IMG/VR virus record: IMGVR_UViG_3300020403_002101
Location: 1 to 34,497 of that record
Strand: one strand, 5' to 3'
DNA: 34,497 bases
From: a virus
Lineage: Duplodnaviria; Caudoviricetes
This document shows, piece by piece, positions 19,201-27,535 of the stretch; positions within the stretch are counted from its first letter, which is position 1; every line of letters starts with the position of its first letter. The translations under genes and the position numbers were made by a program. A model generated the notes under the pieces. That model saw only the letters and a list, made by a program, of their open reading frames with translations, did not search any database and was not told where the DNA came from.

Positions 19201-19483
19201 AGCAGCAATATCTTTAGCATTAAGTAGTTTAGAGACAGAAAAAATAAACGAATTAAAAGGTCTAGTTATGACAACTGCAATGGCAGCACCAATGGTAGCT
19301 GCTACTGGAGCAATAACAGATCTTATTTCCGGAATGACCGGAGGCGGCGAAGATAATTCTAACTCAGAATTATTAGCTGAGATAAAAGCATTAAGAGCTG
19401 CTGTAGAAGCAGGAGGTGATGTTTATATTGACGGTAATAAAGCAGGTACTGCAATGATGCTTGCTCAATATAAAACTGCATAA
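16247..19483 (+). CDS. Tail tape measure protein
   Basis: 1078 aa, Ala/Gly/Leu-rich and helical; LLDFETSIEKELEAQLLTG..LNLSRARELA segment, hydrophobic C-terminal repeats, terminal GGDVYIDG.KAG; follows the chaperones. GTG start. Confidence 0.9.
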   Translation: MDEQLKNLIAQLKAAGVDTRAFQKAFDDTTRTIGDSEKLLQTMLSTLRGVQANARGLSGEFGDIRDNLAAALAELTKKNAAVNKAVRSYRGLTGIVEQLAQEEEGVITLGTKQLDVLKSKSSIYLQEMQLNARRLIQEKAALGLQITANGLIDRRTEAYKNLSEKEKALLAAYEDGFSQEKRALKAIEQRAEKEKLVQQELGLTGVAVGGLATVLGKLGLDGLSEDFDEIKKKLALDFRKELESTKEEVVSIGAKGTEEAVKTYKENQKIIGQNQERIDQLQEKGKLTNEEKEELTQLSAETDRITAANEELIDSQKVSLDITYQHIGVAKKMGMALSAAGQMAKAAFDKVADPAVVLSFIGNALLKGNSQAVKLQKELTISAGAARELRTELAGAAIASGSNFITTEKLVKSFVEMSKYIGQSAHALGGEALKSATYLTEKMHLSADAAGQLVTLTRLTGRNTEETFKGMGKTLTKFNLTNKTAFSLKDIMNDIGNMSKATVLTLGKSPDALVKAAAAARKLGVSMEQLESIGESLLDFETSIEKELEAQLLTGNSLNLSRARELAMMGDMEGLAKEIGNQEAIKNAFATKNVIAQKAAAEALGMSREELAKMTYQQELNNMSAEAFKAKYGEVAYESAKAQSAQDKFKDLLAKSQDILANLLTPLLPIVELVGKLAASPLAAPILAAGIAMKALGGSVSSTIKGMGSLVGQFQKLKKTGFIESAKQQGAAIKDKALGLRDKAKSLFKEGKTGVKDKVETVKNKVTSSAKTLSDKAKKMPKDTKAGTGGFKALTDAISKIDVKKLLAGAAAMVVAAGAVFVFAKATQEFMQVSWGAVGKAIISLAALVGAVAALGVIMSSGVGAVAILAGAGAMVIMAGALFILGKAMQEIGEGLGIVGESVVDIGSAVSGEMIGKLFLLGPALMSAAAGIALFSAAMAGGSIVTGLTSLFTGGGILGDLQSLADMAQPLATVGTSLTLIASGLAAISLALSSLETEKINELKGLVMTTAMAAPMVAATGAITDLISGMTGGGEDNSNSELLAEIKALRAAVEAGGDVYIDGNKAGTAMMLAQYKTA

Positions 19484-19484
19484 C

Positions 19485-19492
19485 TATTTATA
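19485..19492 (+). promoter_or_regulatory. TATTTATA motif after the tape measure gene
   Basis: Directly after the TMP stop, 24 nt before ATG 19517. Confidence 0.55.
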
Positions 19493-19516
19493 TTAAATAA
19501 CTAAATTAAATTAATC

Positions 19517-19690
19517 ATGGGAATTTTAAAAAATCAATTAAACTCAGTATTAGGATTAAAAGGTGAGAACCAGCCAATAAGAGATGCTGCTAAATCTACT
19601 AGTACTGTACATAAGAATGATAAAGAAGATTACAGTGCATTTGATCTAAATGCTATAACTCCAGAGAAGTATACAAATCCAGAAGGATAG
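19517..19690 (+). CDS. 57-aa hypothetical protein (absent from the ORF track)
   Basis: Translated by hand: MGILKNQLNSVLGLKGENQPIRDAAKSTSTVHKNDKEDYSAFDLNAITPEKYTNPEG*. It fills the gap exactly and ends 3 nt before the next ATG. Confidence 0.7.
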   Translation: MGILKNQLNSVLGLKGENQPIRDAAKSTSTVHKNDKEDYSAFDLNAITPEKYTNPEG

Positions 19691-19693
19691 TAA

Positions 19694-21874
19694 ATGGCTT
19701 TAATCGAATTAACAACTAACCTTAAGTCCTTAACTAATAAACAGACAGGGGCTAAATCGTTATTGGTGTCTAAAGATATAAATGATCCACCGAAAACGGG
19801 CGGTATTGCTGTGCAAGCTAATGCCCGAATAGATGATCTTGTTAGACATACAAAGTTGTTAACTCGTAAACCAGGTCTTAAATTCTTAGGTAATCAAGCC
19901 TTGTTAGCTCAAACTGATATGAAGAAGTTTATAGCTAATCAAAAAGGTAAGAAGTTTAAAGCAATAGCTAAAGCTGTTGGTAAAAAAGCTCTTGATACCT
20001 TAGAAAACACTGCACTTGCTACAGCATCTATATTAGCTCAGGTACCGGTAAATGGTACTGGAACTCATTTTGTTAGAGGTTTTAAAAACGTAAGAGGTAC
20101 TTATTTAGGAGAACACGGTATGAAAATATCTAGTTTCAATGCTCCTGATGGAAGTATTATACCTAATATAGACCCTAATGAAAAATCTGAAGGACAATTT
20201 TTTGTAGGTCCAGAAAATAAAACTACTCAACTTGGTAATATTTCTAAAAATAAATATAATCAAGGAGACCCAACATCACCAGCAGCAGGTTTACCTATTT
20301 CTTTACCAGGTGGTGGAAAAGATTATTTAGAATCAGATCAAAATGCAAGAGAAAGAGCTGAAAGAGCTAAAAAAGGAGAAACTATTATTGCTAATAATGA
20401 CGGTACTGCTGGTAATGATGATAAATCTAAATTAAAAGATAAGAAAAATGCTGATGATTCTACTATCAAAGCTAAATTTAGCGCTGATGGTAAACCTAGC
20501 GAAAAAACTTTTAAACAAAGACCTGACGGTATTCCAAGCGGTTCAGTCTATATTCAACAATATGGTGATAATTTAGTAGCTAATGGTGAAAAAGCCTATG
20601 TAGATAATACAGGTGATGCTGGATGGACTGGTCCTATTTCTGCAAGTAAGTTAGAAGAAAAACAATCTACTACTGAAATAACTGTTAACCGTGTAGGACA
20701 AGCTGCAGAAAATTATAAACAAAGACCAGATGAAATAGAAGATGAAGCAACTTATCTTCAAGCAAAAACCTCTAACCAAGTAGCAGGAGGAGAAAAAGCT
20801 TTCGTAGATAATATAGGTGACCAAGGATGGTCAGGACCTTTATCAGGAAGTATCCTTAAGGATAGAGAAACTATAGGAGAAATAGTTGTCAATAAGGTAG
20901 GAAAAGCAGCTAGAACATTCAAACAAAGACCTGGTGAAGTAAGTGATGATAATACTTATTTAAAAGGTAAACAATCTGCAACTGCAGCAGCAGGTAATAG
21001 AATTGAATCATTATACAACTCAGGAGTAGTACCTGGAGTAGATCCAGTGAGTGGTAGTTCTATACATGTAGATCCTAAATACGACCAAGGTTTAAATACT
21101 ACTTCGTTTGTAGTAAATGATGGAGTCAATGAAAGAGAGTTTAGACAAAGACCAGATGTAGGACATACAGATAGCTCAACACAAGCAATTCAGGATATTA
21201 ATATTGATGGTGTTGATATGCCTTACTTAGATAATATAAGTATTCAAGGTAATAAGTCTGAAGATGTAACTAGTGAAGATAGAATTAAAAGATCAGCTAT
21301 CGCACCTGGTGCAAAACCAGACCCGGTACAATCATTAGCAAAACAAACATCTAGTATATTAGGTAGTGACCAAGAAGATATTATTCCATTTGAATTTAAT
21401 ACTTTCTACCCCGGTAATACAACAGGAAACTTCTTATACTTTAGAGCATTTTTAGGAAGCTTTTCAGATAATTTTACTGGTGATTGGGCAGGTACTAAAT
21501 ATGTTGGTAGAGCAGAAGAATTTTTTACTTATCAAGGATTTAAAAGAGATATAAGTTTTGATTTTCAATTAGCAGCATTTTCTAAAGATGATTTAGAACC
21601 ATTATATGAAAAAATTAATTTATTAGTAGGATCAACAGCTCCTACTTACGGTGACGGTAGTTTTATGAAAGGTACACTAACTAAAGTCACGATAGGAGAT
21701 TATTTAAAAGGAGTACCAGGATTTATAGGCTCAGTAGGATTAAGCTGGGATGTAGGTTCTCCTTGGGAAATAGCAGAAGAAGGAAAAAGATTACCTCATA
21801 TATTGAATTGTAATATTTCATTTACTCCAATACATGAGTTTGTACCAACAGCAGAAAGTAAGTTTATAGGTTAA
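19694..21874 (+). CDS. Baseplate / tail-tube initiator-like protein with internal 68-aa repeats
   Basis: C-terminal tube-like domain (FRAFLGSFSDNF..W...YVGRAE.FFTYQGFKRDISFDF..TIGDYL...PGFI); position between TMP and the LysM gene. Confidence 0.7.
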   Translation: MALIELTTNLKSLTNKQTGAKSLLVSKDINDPPKTGGIAVQANARIDDLVRHTKLLTRKPGLKFLGNQALLAQTDMKKFIANQKGKKFKAIAKAVGKKALDTLENTALATASILAQVPVNGTGTHFVRGFKNVRGTYLGEHGMKISSFNAPDGSIIPNIDPNEKSEGQFFVGPENKTTQLGNISKNKYNQGDPTSPAAGLPISLPGGGKDYLESDQNARERAERAKKGETIIANNDGTAGNDDKSKLKDKKNADDSTIKAKFSADGKPSEKTFKQRPDGIPSGSVYIQQYGDNLVANGEKAYVDNTGDAGWTGPISASKLEEKQSTTEITVNRVGQAAENYKQRPDEIEDEATYLQAKTSNQVAGGEKAFVDNIGDQGWSGPLSGSILKDRETIGEIVVNKVGKAARTFKQRPGEVSDDNTYLKGKQSATAAAGNRIESLYNSGVVPGVDPVSGSSIHVDPKYDQGLNTTSFVVNDGVNEREFRQRPDVGHTDSSTQAIQDINIDGVDMPYLDNISIQGNKSEDVTSEDRIKRSAIAPGAKPDPVQSLAKQTSSILGSDQEDIIPFEFNTFYPGNTTGNFLYFRAFLGSFSDNFTGDWAGTKYVGRAEEFFTYQGFKRDISFDFQLAAFSKDDLEPLYEKINLLVGSTAPTYGDGSFMKGTLTKVTIGDYLKGVPGFIGSVGLSWDVGSPWEIAEEGKRLPHILNCNISFTPIHEFVPTAESKFIG
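20510..21160 (+). repeat. Degenerate protein-level tandem repeats (KQRP-anchored, 68-aa period)
   Basis: [KR]QRP codons start at 20513, 20717, 20921 and 21143 (spacings 204, 204, 222 nt). Confidence 0.85.
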
Positions 21875-22179
21875 TGGCGCAAAGATATTCAAATATAGAT
21901 TCATTATTAACTAGCGGTGGTAGAAGATATCGTAAGAACGCTATCTATCCTACTATACCTCAATCACCAGATGATACATATATTATTACTACTGGTGGTG
22001 ATAGATATGACCAGCTTGCGCAACAGTTTTACGGAGATCAAAGGTTATGGTGGGTTATTGCAATGGCTAATAACTCTAAAAAAGACGGATTGATTGTAAA
22101 ACCAGGTGTTCAACTAAGGATACCAGCCGATGGCCAAGGTGCTAAGGCTCTATTTGAACAATTAAATGAAGAGTTATAA
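21874..22179 (+). CDS. LysM-like baseplate wedge / tail protein (gp53 / gpX-like)
   Basis: YIITTGGDRYDQLAQQFYGDQRLWWVIAMAN..VKPGVQLRIP. Confidence 0.85.
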   Translation: MAQRYSNIDSLLTSGGRRYRKNAIYPTIPQSPDDTYIITTGGDRYDQLAQQFYGDQRLWWVIAMANNSKKDGLIVKPGVQLRIPADGQGAKALFEQLNEEL

Positions 22180-24266
22180 TGCCAATATTAGGACAATCCA
22201 TAGGAGGAAAGCTAACTAGCCAGATCAAGGCGAGACAAGGTAAGCACGGAGCTACTATTCGTGATAAAGAAACCTTAGGTCTACTTAATTCTAATACTGC
22301 ATGGGTTAAATTAAGATCTGGAGTTGATACAGTTTCTAAAAAAACATCTCTTAATGGTCTAAAAGCAATCGGTGATCCACCGTCTGGAAAGAGTGATTTA
22401 GCTAAAAGTTTAATTTTAACCGGAGGAGTATTAAATGGTACTACACAAAGAGCAGGAATAGGAACTACTTCCACTACTGGAGGAGCAAAAGCATACCATA
22501 ACTCACCATCTACAGGATTCAGACCAATGCCAGGTATTACTGGGGTATCATCTAAATCTAAAGGTACTTTTGGTACTTTAAGAGAGGCAGAGGTATCATT
22601 TAAGGTATGGTCAAAAGAAGATTTTGATAATATAGAAAGATTATATTTTAGAGTTGGTTTTAGCTGCTTACTAGAATATGGACATTCAGTTTACTTAACT
22701 AATGGCGGTAGTATAGAGACTTTTACTAATGCTAAAACAGTTCGTAATACAACGTGGTTTGATTCTAAGTCACCAAAGAGTATTGATAGGGAAATAGATC
22801 AACTAAGGGAAAGTACTGACGGTAACTATGAAGGTATATTTGGGTTTATTTCTAATTTTAACTGGAAATTGCAAAATGATGGTTCTTATGATTGTAGTGT
22901 AACTATTATTTCAAAAGGTATTATAATGGAAGGTCTAGCTGAAGGTAAAACATCAGATGGACTTACAGCTGAAGAAAGAGAAGCATTAGCAGAAAAACAA
23001 GCAGAATCAAATAGAGAAGAAAATAAAAGTATCTATCATGCTGTATTAAAAGGTATAGAAGCACAAAAAGGAGTAGAAGGATTCTTTAGAGATTTACTTT
23101 CTTCCTCAGGATGTACCGGGCTAGGTAATCAATTAGGTAATCATAAAGCATTTGGTTTAGATGTTAGTATAGGTAGATTTACTAATTTTATTTTAAAGCT
23201 TCTTAATGATAATATTTTTATGGTGTATATTCCATTAAGAGCATTATTAGATATCTGTAATAAATTTAATGTTATGAAAGGACCAGATGGAGAACTTATC
23301 TGTGGCTTTAATATTAATAATAACGAAAAATTTTCTACGTTCCCTGGGCACTTTACTGTCGATCCATTAGTAGCATTACCTCCTAAAGTACCTACTGGTG
23401 ATTTTAGCTTTGCTCAAATTTCAAGAGAAGGATTACATTCTAAATTTACCCAAAGTGATAACGTTTTAGATATCATGTTAACTTCTCAATTTATAAAATC
23501 TAAAATGGAAGATTTACAGCAATCAGCTCAAGAACCAGGAACAGGTATATTTGATTTTATAAAAAATATTTTAACTGATATTAATTTTGCTTTTGGTAAT
23601 ATTCCTACTTTAGAATTAATGTATAGAGATACAAACGGAGGAGAGTATTTTGTAGTTGATAGAGGGATGCCTCAAGCTACTACTTCACCTGGAAGAATAG
23701 ATCTTTCTGGTTTAACTACAACAGTAACTAATATTGATGTAAATTCGAAATTAAGCTCGCAGATGAAATCAATGGTTTCTATAGCAGCACAAGGTAACAC
23801 AGGTAACTATAAAGATAACTTAGATAGTATTCTTAAATTTAATGCTGGTGTTGTAGATAGAAACTATGCAAGTAAGCATCAAAATTCTGGTACAAAACAA
23901 GCAGACCCTAATGTAGAACCTTTTAGAAAAAGATTTGAAGAAGCTTGGGAAAACTTTAATGATAAAGATGTTATAGATCCAGAAAAGTTTAATGAAATGA
24001 GAACTGAAGCAATAGCTCAGTTAACAAGAGATTATAAAAGAGGAAATGCAAATAAACTTTCAGCAGGTATTCCAGTACCTATTGAATTATCAATTACTTT
24101 AAAAGGTATATCACTATTTAAAATAGGTGAAGTATTTGCAGTTAATACAGCTATAATGCCTGCTAAATATAAAGATTACGGATTTATTATTACAGCAGTA
24201 GACCATACTATAGAAAATGGTCAGTGGATGACGAATGTTGGAACTAAAATGTATACTATAAGCTAA
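22179..24266 (+). CDS. Probable baseplate hub protein (gp27/VgrG-N-like)
   Basis: RPMPGIT, GTLREAEVSFKVWS, LLEYGHS, NFNWKLQNDGSYDCSV; C-terminal LSITLKGISLFKIGEVF..FIITAVDHTIENGQWMT; position after LysM. Confidence 0.65.
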   Translation: MPILGQSIGGKLTSQIKARQGKHGATIRDKETLGLLNSNTAWVKLRSGVDTVSKKTSLNGLKAIGDPPSGKSDLAKSLILTGGVLNGTTQRAGIGTTSTTGGAKAYHNSPSTGFRPMPGITGVSSKSKGTFGTLREAEVSFKVWSKEDFDNIERLYFRVGFSCLLEYGHSVYLTNGGSIETFTNAKTVRNTTWFDSKSPKSIDREIDQLRESTDGNYEGIFGFISNFNWKLQNDGSYDCSVTIISKGIIMEGLAEGKTSDGLTAEEREALAEKQAESNREENKSIYHAVLKGIEAQKGVEGFFRDLLSSSGCTGLGNQLGNHKAFGLDVSIGRFTNFILKLLNDNIFMVYIPLRALLDICNKFNVMKGPDGELICGFNINNNEKFSTFPGHFTVDPLVALPPKVPTGDFSFAQISREGLHSKFTQSDNVLDIMLTSQFIKSKMEDLQQSAQEPGTGIFDFIKNILTDINFAFGNIPTLELMYRDTNGGEYFVVDRGMPQATTSPGRIDLSGLTTTVTNIDVNSKLSSQMKSMVSIAAQGNTGNYKDNLDSILKFNAGVVDRNYASKHQNSGTKQADPNVEPFRKRFEEAWENFNDKDVIDPEKFNEMRTEAIAQLTRDYKRGNANKLSAGIPVPIELSITLKGISLFKIGEVFAVNTAIMPAKYKDYGFIITAVDHTIENGQWMTNVGTKMYTIS

Positions 24267-24790
24267 TGTATATACCTAAACATAAATTAAAAGTAGGAGG
24301 AAAAGTCCCTGGAAAGCTTTTAGATGCTAAAACTAAAAGACAATATCTTGGTGAGTTCGTTAGAGACCATAAAAATAATTACTATAAAGGAACTGAAGTA
24401 ACTTCTAAATCTGAAAAACTTATACTTCAAAGAGACGAAGCTTCAATAGAAAAAGCAACAGGATTAAGAACTGTATATAGAAAACCTTCAGCTGAAGAAT
24501 ATGCAAAAGGAGAATTTATTAGATACTTTATTATGGATTCTAGATCAAGAAGAATTATAGAGACTGATAAACCAGCATATCTAGCAGAAAGAAAAGAGAA
24601 AAAAAGATATAGAAAGACAATGAAATTAATCTGGTATATAAAAGGCAACCCAGAAGACCAGATAATTAATGGATTTTTATACCCAGGAGTTAAAGCAAAA
24701 AATCAAGATGTAGTAAATCAAGCCGAAAAAGTACTACCAGGAATTGGTAAGCAAGTACTGTTTGATTTAGCACAATTTGTAAAAATATAA
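24266..24790 (+). CDS. Hypothetical basic protein (putative structural)
   Basis: 174 aa ORF, TAATG-coupled to the upstream gene; no recognisable motif. Confidence 0.65.
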   Translation: MYIPKHKLKVGGKVPGKLLDAKTKRQYLGEFVRDHKNNYYKGTEVTSKSEKLILQRDEASIEKATGLRTVYRKPSAEEYAKGEFIRYFIMDSRSRRIIETDKPAYLAERKEKKRYRKTMKLIWYIKGNPEDQIINGFLYPGVKAKNQDVVNQAEKVLPGIGKQVLFDLAQFVKI

Positions 24791-24798
24791 GAATTAGT

Positions 24799-24828
24799 TT
24801 GCTTCTTTGCAAATAAGTTATTATATTA
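24799..24828 (+). promoter_or_regulatory. TTG-N20-TATATT promoter upstream of the polymerase
   Basis: TTG 24799-24801, TATATTA 24822-24828. Confidence 0.6.
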
Positions 24829-24847
24829 AAATAAAAAGGTTATATAA

Positions 24848-26173
24848 GTGTTTTATATAGTAGAGCAGGATTCTAAGCTAGAAAGTTTAGAAAAGTTGAT
24901 TAGATTAGGAGTTTACGTTGATGTTATTTCAACGAATGATAATTACCACCCATTAAAATCTTCCACAGTAGCAGTTTATGTTAGACCGGTAGGATCTAAG
25001 TTTGGTTATATTATTCCTATAAATCATGACGAAGGATTGAATATAGAAAAAGAACGTATCTACGACATTCTATCTAAAGCTTCTAAACTATATACATTAA
25101 ATAAGAAAGACTTACTCTATCACTTTAATCTACAAGGAGCAATTGATCTCTCATTGTTATATTCAATGACAAAATACGAAAGATTAGAGTATTCCAAAGA
25201 TAATTCTACGATTAATTATTTCTATAATAAACATAGAAGTTTTCAAAATATAAATCAATTAATTCCGCTTTCAAAATTATACGAAAGCTGTGAAAAAGCA
25301 TACGAAAAAGTTAAAGATATTATAGATTATGAAATACCTGAAGGGTTCGATTTTTATAATAAATTAGCTACTAATGTTTTTTATCTTTTAGAGCAAGGAG
25401 GTTTAGGAACTTACTATAAAGAGTTTAACGAACAGTTTAAACCAAGAGATCCTCTATATAATTCACTAAATAACTCAGTATTAACTTACTATAATTTGTA
25501 TAATGCTACTTCTAGACCTACTAATGCTTTTAATAGCGTCAACTTTGCTGCTATACCTAAGGGGATTGAGTATAGAAAATGCTTCAGACCGACCAATGAT
25601 TATTTTGTTGAGTTTGACTTTGATGGTTACCACCTTCGTCTACTTGCAGAACAGATTGATTATGAATTAACTGAAGAATCTGCTCATAAGCAGCTAGCAA
25701 AACAATATTTTAACAAAGAAGAAATCACAGATGAAGAATATAACGAAGCAAAACAGATTAACTTTCACGCAATTTACGGAAAGATACCCGAGAAATATTC
25801 TTTTCTCGAAGTTTTTGAAAAAATCGATGGATTCATTAAAAAGCTTTGGTCCGAATTTGAAACTAACGGAAGAATCTTGGCGCCGATTAGTAATAAACCG
25901 TTCACTAAAGAGTTAAAAGACATGAACCCTCAGAAGTTAATGAATTATGTAATGCAGTCATTAGAAACTTCGAGGAATATATTAATTTTAAAAGATGTAT
26001 TGCAGTACCTTAAAGATAAAAAAACTAAGGTTGTGCTTTATACTTACGATGCATTACTATTTGACTTTTCGCAAGAAGATGGCAAAGAAACCTTAAATAA
26101 AATACAGGAGATCTTAGAATCTGGTGGCAAATACCCAGTAAAATTTAAATACGCTAAAGATCTCAGTTTATAA
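24848..26173 (+). CDS. Short family A DNA polymerase
   Basis: ATSRP....NFAAIPK...RKCF, motif A EFDFDGYHLRLLA, motif B AKQINFHAIYG, MNYVMQS, motif C LYTYDALLFD. GTG start. Confidence 0.85.
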   Translation: MFYIVEQDSKLESLEKLIRLGVYVDVISTNDNYHPLKSSTVAVYVRPVGSKFGYIIPINHDEGLNIEKERIYDILSKASKLYTLNKKDLLYHFNLQGAIDLSLLYSMTKYERLEYSKDNSTINYFYNKHRSFQNINQLIPLSKLYESCEKAYEKVKDIIDYEIPEGFDFYNKLATNVFYLLEQGGLGTYYKEFNEQFKPRDPLYNSLNNSVLTYYNLYNATSRPTNAFNSVNFAAIPKGIEYRKCFRPTNDYFVEFDFDGYHLRLLAEQIDYELTEESAHKQLAKQYFNKEEITDEEYNEAKQINFHAIYGKIPEKYSFLEVFEKIDGFIKKLWSEFETNGRILAPISNKPFTKELKDMNPQKLMNYVMQSLETSRNILILKDVLQYLKDKKTKVVLYTYDALLFDFSQEDGKETLNKIQEILESGGKYPVKFKYAKDLSL

Positions 26174-26178
26174 ACATA

Positions 26179-26652
26179 ATGGATATTTATATGAAAGATA
26201 CAATCGTTGTAGAAAGAGAGTTTGATTACGACATCGAACCAATCTATTTTAATGAAGATATGAGCAATAAATTATTCTGTACCTTTGCGACAGAAGATAC
26301 GTTAGATAATATTCTGTCCGAGATCCAGGAAAGGTACAATATTATTTACAACAAAATTTTCGTCCTATATTCCAAGTCACAAGATGAGTACATTTGTACT
26401 TATAATGTTGATTTCGGGAACGTAGGCGCATTCCTTGAAAATACTATTCTAGTTCATAGAAAAAAAGAATCAAATACACTTTATACTATTAATGCTTTGA
26501 ACACTTTAATCAAAGAGTTAAACGGTGGTGTATTAGATACTTCCTATAGAATCAACTGGCCTGATTATAGGAATTGTATATTACTTACCAAAGGCCCAGA
26601 TCTAAAAAGAGTAAATACTAAACTTTATAAGATAATAGAGTTGGAGAAATAA
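26179..26652 (+). CDS. Hypothetical protein between polymerase and SSB (true start may be 26191 or 26260)
   Basis: Open frame with NKLFCTF..VHRKKESNTLYTINALN; function not recognised. Confidence 0.7.
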   Translation: MDIYMKDTIVVEREFDYDIEPIYFNEDMSNKLFCTFATEDTLDNILSEIQERYNIIYNKIFVLYSKSQDEYICTYNVDFGNVGAFLENTILVHRKKESNTLYTINALNTLIKELNGGVLDTSYRINWPDYRNCILLTKGPDLKRVNTKLYKIIELEK

Positions 26653-26670
26653 AAAATATTTCTTATATTA
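26641..26670 (+). promoter_or_regulatory. TTG-N20-TATATT promoter upstream of SSB
   Basis: TTG 26641-26643, TATATTA 26664-26670. Confidence 0.6.
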
Positions 26671-26700
26671 TAGTATTAACGTTAAATAAAAATTAGTTAT

Positions 26701-27486
26701 ATGGATTTAAATGCTATTAAAGCGAAGCTTAGTGCGCTAAACAACAATGGTCAGGAGAGAGAAAAGACTGACTATTCAACAATTTTTTGGAAACCTGAGT
26801 TAGGTAAACAGACTGTAAGGATTGTTCCTTCTGCTTATGATCCTACTTTTCCTTTTAAGGAATTAAAGTTTCATTACGGTATTGGAAAATATCCTATGGT
26901 TGCTTTATCCAACTTTGGTAAACAAGATCCTATCGAGGAGTTTGTAAAAGAACTGAGAAAGACTAACGATAAAGATAATTGGTCTCTTTCAGGTAAGATT
27001 AACCCGAAGACTAGAATCTTTGCCCCTGTTATTGTAAGAGGTGAAGAGGATAAGGGTGTTAGACTTTGGGGATTCGGAATTACTATTTATAAAGCTCTTC
27101 TTGCGTTAGCAGAAGATGAAGATGTAGGAGACTACACTGACGTAATAAACGGATGGGATCTAGTGGTAGAACAACAGCAAGGTAACCCTTATCCAACTAC
27201 CACAGTAAGGATTAAACCTAAACAGACGCCATTATCTGATAATAATGATTCAGTAGATAAGTGGCTGAAGGAACAACCTAATCCCGTGGAAGTCCACACT
27301 CAGTATGATTACGACTTTATTAAGAAACAATTACAAAATTATCTTAATCCAGGAGCTGTAGAAGAAACTGCACCAGCTGCAGGCTCTGAAGCCTCTACAC
27401 CGGCAAAGTCTGATTTCACTCTTGAAACAGCAACAGCAGGTAATCAAGACACTGTAAGCAAATTTGATGATTTGTTTAATGAGTAA
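26701..27486 (+). CDS. Single-stranded DNA-binding protein (T4 gp32-like)
   Basis: FWKP..G.QTVRIVP, PF....FHY, DPIEEF, GVRLWGFG, DYTDVINGWDL; acidic tail ending FDDLFNE. Confidence 0.85.
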   Translation: MDLNAIKAKLSALNNNGQEREKTDYSTIFWKPELGKQTVRIVPSAYDPTFPFKELKFHYGIGKYPMVALSNFGKQDPIEEFVKELRKTNDKDNWSLSGKINPKTRIFAPVIVRGEEDKGVRLWGFGITIYKALLALAEDEDVGDYTDVINGWDLVVEQQQGNPYPTTTVRIKPKQTPLSDNNDSVDKWLKEQPNPVEVHTQYDYDFIKKQLQNYLNPGAVEETAPAAGSEASTPAKSDFTLETATAGNQDTVSKFDDLFNE

Positions 27487-27490
27487 ATTA

Positions 27491-27520
27491 GAGGCCGCGC
27501 CAGCGGCCTTTATTTTTTTT
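27491..27520 (+). terminator. Rho-independent terminator after SSB
   Basis: AGGCCGC-GCCA-GCGGCCT stem followed by TTATTTTTTTT. Confidence 0.88.
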
Positions 27521-27535
27521 AATTAGTTATTATTT

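Noticed and set aside
10759-24790. Extracellular contractile injection system or tailocin interpretation
   Set aside because: The module is contiguous and co-oriented with a phage replisome and RNR genes, so it is better explained as a myovirus tail module.
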